From Thermoproteus tenax Kra 1 (GTDB taxonomy: Archaea; Thermoproteota; Thermoprotei; Thermoproteales; Thermoproteaceae), in contig NC_016070.1 in assembly GCF_000253055.1 (NCBI RefSeq), positions 1,140,001 through 1,172,000 of the forward strand: DNA of 32,000 nucleotides. The letters are read 5' to 3'. Shown piece after piece: positions 26,308 to 32,000 of the stretch; positions within the stretch are counted from its first letter, which is position 1; each line of letters begins with the position of its first letter. The position numbers and the translations under genes were made by a program. The notes under the pieces are model-generated. The model was given only the letters and a program-made list of their open reading frames with translations, had not been told where the DNA came from and did no database searches.

Positions 26308-26610
26308 TTTTGGTCTGAGCACGGATGTGTCTGACTAGGCAGCTTGCGCCTTCGCTGGACTATACGAGGCGTCTTTTCGGTATTACGGTCACGCGGCGCT
26401 CCTTTATAGGTCTTCAGCCCTTTGGAGCCTCCATTGTTCTGTCGCCGTTGTATCGCCCTTTCTTGGGTAGGGCCAGGAACTCGGCTCCGGCGCATTTCGC
26501 CGTATGGTCCCAGCGTTTTGCGAGTGGGCGTTCTGTGGCTTCTATATTGCAATACTTCCAGTTGTCACTCGCAAATGGTAGCCATAGCCACTTGCTAAAT
26601 GTATTCAGTC

Positions 26611-27564
26611 TTAATGTTTCAATAAATATAAAAATGTATTATAGCTGATCGCATATATCGTAGCTAATAACCTAGGCAAAGTCTTCTTTCTCATTATAGC
26701 TATATTTGCAAGCAAATATGCGAGTATTGATAGATCGGCCCCCAATCTCCTCAGCCTGAAGTACATGCTGGCTCTATCAAAATGGATCCAAAATTCGTCC
26801 CAAAAGCCAGACCTCCTTGTCAACGAGTCTCTGTGGCTCTCGATATGCCAAGCGATCGGGGCCTTCCCCCTGTCTAAAACCATATAGCTATTGTATCCTT
26901 TATTGACCACGTAGTATGCCATAAATGCCTCAAAGTGAAACGCCTTGCGGCTCTCCGAATAATAGCGGGTTAGATCTAGGTCTTGGATAAGCTCACGTCG
27001 GAAGCCCATATTGTTGCCCGATATCAACACAGTCTTTATGACGTCGCCAGACGCGCACAATCTAGCGCCTGGAAAACCGCTTACCGACAGCCACCTACAG
27101 TAATCTGCCAACTTTCTGAGAGGTCTCCTATAGGGCGCGTTCGTTGTAACATCTTGGCTGAATAGAGATTCGTCCGATAGAGTTATTGTCCCATCGGCGA
27201 TAAACGCCTTATACGTCAGACCGCCTATTGCGCCTGCATCTTTCAATTCTCTAAATAGGTCGATATATCTCTTGGTCCACTCTGGATGAGGCACAGCGTC
27301 ATCGTCGATGAACAACACTATATCGCCGGATGCCTCCCTAATACCCGCGGCGTAAGCCGCGGGAGCGTAGCCCTCCCTCTGGATTATCAACTTAATATTC
27401 AGTTTATCCCTGTATCTCTCGATTATCTCCTCGCTGCCGTCGCCAGACGGCTTGAGCACGAAAATGACCTCGTCAGGTCTGAGGATTTGGTTGACCAATC
27501 CTTCGAGCAAATACGGCAACGCCCACGCGCGTCTGTAGGTGGGGACGACGACGGATGTCCTCAT
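26611..27564 (-). CDS. Glycosyltransferase family 2
   Basis: MRTSVVVPTYRRAWALPYLLEGLVNQILRPDEVIFV...AYAAGIREASGDIVLFIDDDAVPHPEW. Confidence 0.92.
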   Translation of the reverse strand: MRTSVVVPTYRRAWALPYLLEGLVNQILRPDEVIFVLKPSGDGSEEIIERYRDKLNIKLIIQREGYAPAAYAAGIREASGDIVLFIDDDAVPHPEWTKRYIDLFRELKDAGAIGGLTYKAFIADGTITLSDESLFSQDVTTNAPYRRPLRKLADYCRWLSVSGFPGARLCASGDVIKTVLISGNNMGFRRELIQDLDLTRYYSESRKAFHFEAFMAYYVVNKGYNSYMVLDRGKAPIAWHIESHRDSLTRRSGFWDEFWIHFDRASMYFRLRRLGADLSILAYLLANIAIMRKKTLPRLLATIYAISYNTFLYLLKH

Positions 27565-27568
27565 GGCG

Positions 27569-28414
27569 CTAGCCCACTACGTTGCCCAAGTTCCTGCCGA
27601 TGGACATCAGATACTTAAACATATATCTCCTAAACTCGCCGAGCCCAAACTCCCTAACTAGGCCTCTGCCGAACTGGAAGTGCGCCGCGGCCACAAGGAG
27701 CTCGGTGGCCCTGCCCAGAGTCGAGCCGTGGTGCATGTGGTGGCTCCCTATAGTCCAGGGCACTTCTCTGATGCCCATTAAGTGGGCTATTACGCCCAAC
27801 AGGGTCTCATCGCTGATGAAGTTCCTCAGCCAAGGATCCACTCTGTTCAGCGCTCTCTCGACTCTATCTATTATCTCTGGATCGGGCAATCTGCTGAACC
27901 CGAGCACTTGTTTGGGCCCTATGAAGAACACCGAGCCCCCTCTGAAGAGACCCCGTATTGAGCCCTCGTAGACCTTGTACGCATATATCGGCTTTTTGGC
28001 CCCGTTGATCTCGAGCTCGCCGATCTTTCTGCTCCTGGCCAAGAAGTGGTGGGGGCCCCTGCTCCAGGCCTCCTCGTCGATTATCCCATATATCGGATAC
28101 TTGCTCAGATTTCTGTGGATCTCGGGGAGGTCCTGCCCCACCAGGTTGTCGCTGTCCACGACAACAACCTCGTCGTTGAACTCGCGGAAGTCCCTCAACA
28201 TGGTCGTCCACGTGTTGTTTCTATTCCTCCAGTTGCCGAATCTGACCTCGATAGTCTCAGGCACGGCCCGCGCCACTATCTCCTTCTGTTTTTCGTGAAA
28301 AATATTATCAATATAAACAATAGCATTTTTTGGTTTTAATATTTCGATATTTTTTGTGAAATATATAGTAATTTCATGAATTCTATAGAAAGGTAGATAT
28401 GTGGACAAGATCAT
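27569..28414 (-). CDS. Glycosyltransferase-like protein of unknown specificity
   Basis: MILSTYLPFYRIHEITIYFTKN...EVVVVDSDNLVGQDLPEI...RGGSVFFIGPKQVLGFSRL. ATG at 28414 fits a TATA-like TTATTAAT. Immediately upstream of the GT2 gene. Confidence 0.6.
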   Translation of the reverse strand: MILSTYLPFYRIHEITIYFTKNIEILKPKNAIVYIDNIFHEKQKEIVARAVPETIEVRFGNWRNRNNTWTTMLRDFREFNDEVVVVDSDNLVGQDLPEIHRNLSKYPIYGIIDEEAWSRGPHHFLARSRKIGELEINGAKKPIYAYKVYEGSIRGLFRGGSVFFIGPKQVLGFSRLPDPEIIDRVERALNRVDPWLRNFISDETLLGVIAHLMGIREVPWTIGSHHMHHGSTLGRATELLVAAAHFQFGRGLVREFGLGEFRRYMFKYLMSIGRNLGNVVG

Positions 28415-28484
28415 GACGCTAGGATCCTCCCCATTAATAAGCATTGAGCCGAGTGGCGGGCCTCCGCCGCCCGGCAGACGGCGC

Positions 28485-29702
28485 TCATCTGGCGACTAGT
28501 TCTAGGAGCGCCTTGGCGAAATGGGGATAAGTCAGCCCGGCTGCCCTCTCAGCCGGATTTATCTTCAACTCTTGAGTCAACGCTTTGGCCAGAGCCTCCG
28601 CGGCCTCCTCGGCCGTCGTATAGCCTAGGCCGTATCTACCCTCCATGACGAGGTCTGTCCAGGCGCCCCCCGACTTGTGCACCACAGGCGTGAGGCCTCG
28701 GGCCATGGCCTCCGCCACAGCTATGCCCCAGTGTTCGTTTATGGTGGCGTGGAGGAAGGCCCTGGCTTTGTCCATGGCGTCGTTTATGAGGCGGCGGGGG
28801 GCGTTGGCTATTAGGTAGACGTCGGCATCGGCGCCGAGGTCCTCCGCCGTCTTCAGCCCAACGCCGGCGGCCAACTTCCTAACCCTCTCCCTGTAGGCCT
28901 GCAGCGTCGGGGTCGCCGCGCCGCCGAAGATGACGATCTTAGCGCCGGGGACCTCCTTGATGAGCCGCGGCGCGACCTCTGTCACGACCCAGTGGTAGCG
29001 CTTCTCTTGAGAGAAGCGTCCCAACATGACCACCCAAGGTCTCCTCTCCTCGAAGGGCCTCGGCCTCTCTACTACCTCCACGTTGGGCGGCAACGGTGGA
29101 TTGAGGACGCGGGGCTCCTGGCCGTACACAAGCTTGGCCACCTGCGCCGTCCATTTGGAGTTGGTGAGGACTACGTCGGCGTAGCGGAAGGGGTTGTCTC
29201 GGGCGTACCTGGGGAGCAGACTCGTAAATATCCTCCAGTATATGTTCAACGGAAATCTGCCGTACCTCTCCACGATGTAGGGGTCCTCGCTGAACTTATC
29301 CCTCAGCTCCCTCAGGTCGCTCCTCACATATACCTCCAGAGGGAAGTGGATATACTCAATAAGCCTGAAGGACTTGTCAGCGGCGATGGGCTTGTAGGCG
29401 GCATCGTCGATAAACAGCACCTCGGGCCTGTACCTCTCTATGGCCCTCTTTGCTGGCATCCACATGAGCAATCGGCTCCACAGCCCGAAGGCCCTTGGCC
29501 CCACGGGCATTGTTATGGTGGGATACTTGGCCAGATCGATCCCGTACCACTCAATATAGCGGCTAGGGTCGAACTTGAATGTGCCCGTCAGGACGGGCTT
29601 GTAGCCGCCCTCGTCCAGCGCCTTGGCGGCGGCCGCACAAACAAGCTGGCCTCCCCCCGGCGAGCCCCAGTAGCGGTGGGCGACGACGGCGTAGCGCTCC
29701 AT
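28485..29702 (-). CDS. Glycosyltransferase family 4 (GT1/GT4, ALG11-like)
   Basis: MERYAVVAHRYWGSPGGGQLVCAAAAKAL...WVVMLGRFSQEKRYHWVVTEVAPRLIKEVPGAKIVIFGG...INEHWGIAVAEAMARGLTPVVHKSGGAWTDLV. Confidence 0.9.
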   Translation of the reverse strand: MERYAVVAHRYWGSPGGGQLVCAAAAKALDEGGYKPVLTGTFKFDPSRYIEWYGIDLAKYPTITMPVGPRAFGLWSRLLMWMPAKRAIERYRPEVLFIDDAAYKPIAADKSFRLIEYIHFPLEVYVRSDLRELRDKFSEDPYIVERYGRFPLNIYWRIFTSLLPRYARDNPFRYADVVLTNSKWTAQVAKLVYGQEPRVLNPPLPPNVEVVERPRPFEERRPWVVMLGRFSQEKRYHWVVTEVAPRLIKEVPGAKIVIFGGAATPTLQAYRERVRKLAAGVGLKTAEDLGADADVYLIANAPRRLINDAMDKARAFLHATINEHWGIAVAEAMARGLTPVVHKSGGAWTDLVMEGRYGLGYTTAEEAAEALAKALTQELKINPAERAAGLTYPHFAKALLELVAR

Positions 29703-29989
29703 GGCGTAGCTCATCTGCTGGCATATATCTTTAACGGGGTCCCGCGGCCTGCGTCCTCCGGCCCCTCAGCTCGCCGCTAGGCCGCGGCGCCGCTCTCTCC
29801 AAGCGCCCTCGGCTCTCCAACGTAGGTGCCGCTCCATCCGAGCCCTCTTGCGCTAGGCGGTCAAGCTGCGCCACCTGCCAGACGCTTGTCGGGCCTTCGA
29901 GCTAGACCTACGCAAGCCTCAGTGCAGACGCGGTGTGGCGAATCGGCAATAGAATGCCGCCTCCGGCCACAGAGACTGGCGGAGTTCCT

Positions 29990-30076
29990 CTAGCCGCATG
30001 CGCTCTTCACCAACTCCTTCGCAACTTCTAGAAGTCCCTCGGCGATGTCTCTGGCGTATCTATGCGGCAGGTGTAA
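29990..30076 (-). pseudogene. Decayed N-terminal fragment resembling a PaREP1/HEPN-type gene
   Basis: LPHRYARDIAEGLLEVAKELVKSACG followed by a stop at 29990-29992, downstream of a TATA-like AACTTATAA. No long ORF follows. Confidence 0.3.
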
Positions 30077-30511
30077 AATTATAAGTTAAATAACTTCGGG
30101 CCGGTTTCCGGCTTCTGGTTCGGGGCAGTTGAATTTGGCGCCGCGCGGCGGAGCCTTGGGGCACCGCCTAGGGCCTTGAGCTGTGCAGTTTGGCCGGCTT
30201 AGGTCGCGCCGACCGTTGAGGTGTTTCGGATGCAGCGAAGTCCGTCGATCTCCGCCGGCTTTTCACGGGCCTTTGTCCCCACCGGCTTGTTCTACTATGT
30301 GGGGCAGCTCCCGCGAGGCTATGGGTCCGATCTCCTGCGTAACCTCGTGGCCTGTAGCAGGCTCGCGTCTGCTGTCGCTAGGATTATGCGGCTTTAGTTG
30401 TGGGTTGCCAAGACGGCGGTCGCCGTGTGGCGTCCGCAACCCCGCCCGAGGAGGGAGACGAGGGTGCGCCCGTTTGATTTTCATCGGCTCTGTAGGGGTG
30501 GGATGAGGGGA

Positions 30512-31489
30512 TTATAGGGTTTTAGCCACCGCGTCCCTCAACGCCGGCCAGTGCCAGGCGTAGCGCTCGCCGATGCCGATAACGGGGTCCCTCGGCGGCT
30601 TCCCGCCGGCGATTGTCTCCGTCAGCTCCAGCACCTTGTTGTACTTGTAGAGTAGCCTTTCTAGTCTCTCGGCCCCCGGCTGGTCGAGGACATCTGGGTC
30701 CTCCGTCGCGCGTCTGAGCAGTTCGACAGCTCCGAGCTTGGCGGCTTCTCTCGCCATCTTGTCCACCCTCTCCCTCTTGACGATGGCCTTAATGTACCTC
30801 TCCACGTCCCAGCCCAGCTCCATCAAGTCGCCCGCGCACCTCGGGTTTCCTCCGCACGTGCGCCACAGCGCCTCGAAGTCTATAGGCGGGCTCAACGCCT
30901 CGTGGAGCTCCCTGAACTCCTCCCGCGCCAGGTTCCAGACCATGTACGGATCGGCGTAGCCCTTGGGGAGTATCCTCTCAACGGCGGTGTACTCAGAGGT
31001 TATGAGGACGACGTTGTATATCTTGTCCCTCAACCCCTCGTCCCTCATCGTCGGGTGCTCCATTAGGTCCATGAAGTATTTGACCCAGCCGACCGGGTCC
31101 TCTCTATACGCGCGGTGGAACTCGTCCACGATGAGGAGTATGTCCTTGGAGGTCTTCTCCGCAAAGTATAGGGCTATGTCCACCGCGGTTCTGGCCAGGA
31201 ACTCGCCTACTTCGCCGGCCACCGCCTTCGCGAATATCGAAAGCGCCTCCTTCAGCCACTGCACCGCGTTTGTGAAGAGGGCGTTCTTAGCCCTCTTCGC
31301 TCTCGCGTTTATGTAGAGGACCACTACGTCTCCGCCGAAGAGCTCCTCCGCCCTCTCGGCCACTCTCTGCGCCAGCGTCGTCTTGCCGCAGCCGAGGGGG
31401 CCGTAGAGGAGGAAGGGGTAGGTGTGTTGCATGCGCATGACGTCCCTAAACCACCCGAGCTCGCGGGAGCGGCCGACGAAGATGTGCAC
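30512..31489 (-). CDS. Archaeal AAA-type ATPase (archaeal ATPase/STAND-like family)
   Basis: VGRSRELGWFRDVM...PFLLYGPLGCGKTTLAQRVAERAEELFG...DILLIVDEFHRAYRED...LITSEYTAVERIL...LWRTCGGNPRCAGDLMELGWD. Confidence 0.88.
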   Translation of the reverse strand: MHIFVGRSRELGWFRDVMRMQHTYPFLLYGPLGCGKTTLAQRVAERAEELFGGDVVVLYINARAKRAKNALFTNAVQWLKEALSIFAKAVAGEVGEFLARTAVDIALYFAEKTSKDILLIVDEFHRAYREDPVGWVKYFMDLMEHPTMRDEGLRDKIYNVVLITSEYTAVERILPKGYADPYMVWNLAREEFRELHEALSPPIDFEALWRTCGGNPRCAGDLMELGWDVERYIKAIVKRERVDKMAREAAKLGAVELLRRATEDPDVLDQPGAERLERLLYKYNKVLELTETIAGGKPPRDPVIGIGERYAWHWPALRDAVAKTL

Positions 31490-31595
31490 GTCTCCTCCTG
31501 TAGCTTGTTTTAAATTTGTATAACGTTTTACTTATGCCAAGGATGGTGTGGGGTCTCGCGTTGTGGCGGTCTACGGCCCTTCCGACGGCTGTTGG

Positions 31596-32000
31596 ACCTT
31601 TTTAGCCCGCTCCTGGCCTTCTGGGCGAGGTGCCTTATGTCTCTTTCGACGTCACGTATGTCTGTGTAGCGGCTTGCGACCCCCTCTGGGTCTAGCCCGC
31701 TGTATTGGAACTCGCGGTTATCGCCAGGTCTGTAAGATACACTATCTACACGCCGTATATGTCTGCCAAGATAGATGCGACTTCTCTCGTCCGGGTCGTC
31801 GGCATATATGCGATGATTATATCCGACTTTTGCCTGGGTTCTCCTGTTTTATCTTTCACAATTCCGCCGAATCCGTCGGCGATCGCATCTCTGTTTTGTG
31901 CCGCGGCGGCCGCCAGAAGCGCCTTCCAAGCCTACCACGCCTTGCCTGCGGCGTTTCTCGCAAGGCCCTGCTCCAGTTGATGGCGAGCTCCGCCTCTAAC
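31596..32000 (-). pseudogene. Decayed PaREP1-family gene (continues beyond the right edge)
   Basis: HQLEQGLARNAAGKAW*AWKALLAAAAAQNRDAIAD...PTTRTREVASILADIYGV*, then frame-shifted REFQYSGLDPEG and VASRYTDIRDVERDIRHLAQKA. In-frame TAGs at 31932-31934 and 31746-31748. Confidence 0.6.

Overview
The window looks like a chromosomal segment from a Thermoproteales crenarchaeon, probably Thermoproteus or a close relative. The evidence is gene content and many leaderless genes with a TATA box centred about 23-25 nt upstream of the start codon; taxonomy was not verified. Recognisable content, left to right: partial dph2; an M1 aminopeptidase; a small possible nuclease-fold ORF convergent with a ParA-like ATPase; a frameshifted FAD/NAD disulfide-type oxidoreductase; a trehalose operon (TM-helix/mechanosensitive-type channel, GT4, OtsA-OtsB fusion); a type IV pilin-like protein; a HEPN/MNT pair; a UPF0248/DUF504 protein; an unexplained intergenic region with nested hairpins and four exact-period 12-bp repeats; an ECF transporter operon (thiW, an extra P-loop NTPase, two-domain EcfA, EcfT); a glyoxylate/hydroxyacid block (malate synthase, DAO-family oxidase, GlcD-like flavoprotein, split FeS/CCG proteins, LctP/GlcA-family permease); CoA-binding, CDGSH and NifX/NafY-like proteins; a glycosyltransferase cluster; and an accessory right end with an archaeal AAA ATPase, a decayed PaREP1-family gene and other apparent gene debris. 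The best candidates for follow-up are the structured/iteron intergenic region at 12.73-12.96 kb, the glyoxylate-funnelling gene block, and the P-loop NTPase embedded in the ThiW transporter operon. I saw no CRISPR array, rRNA or convincing tRNA.
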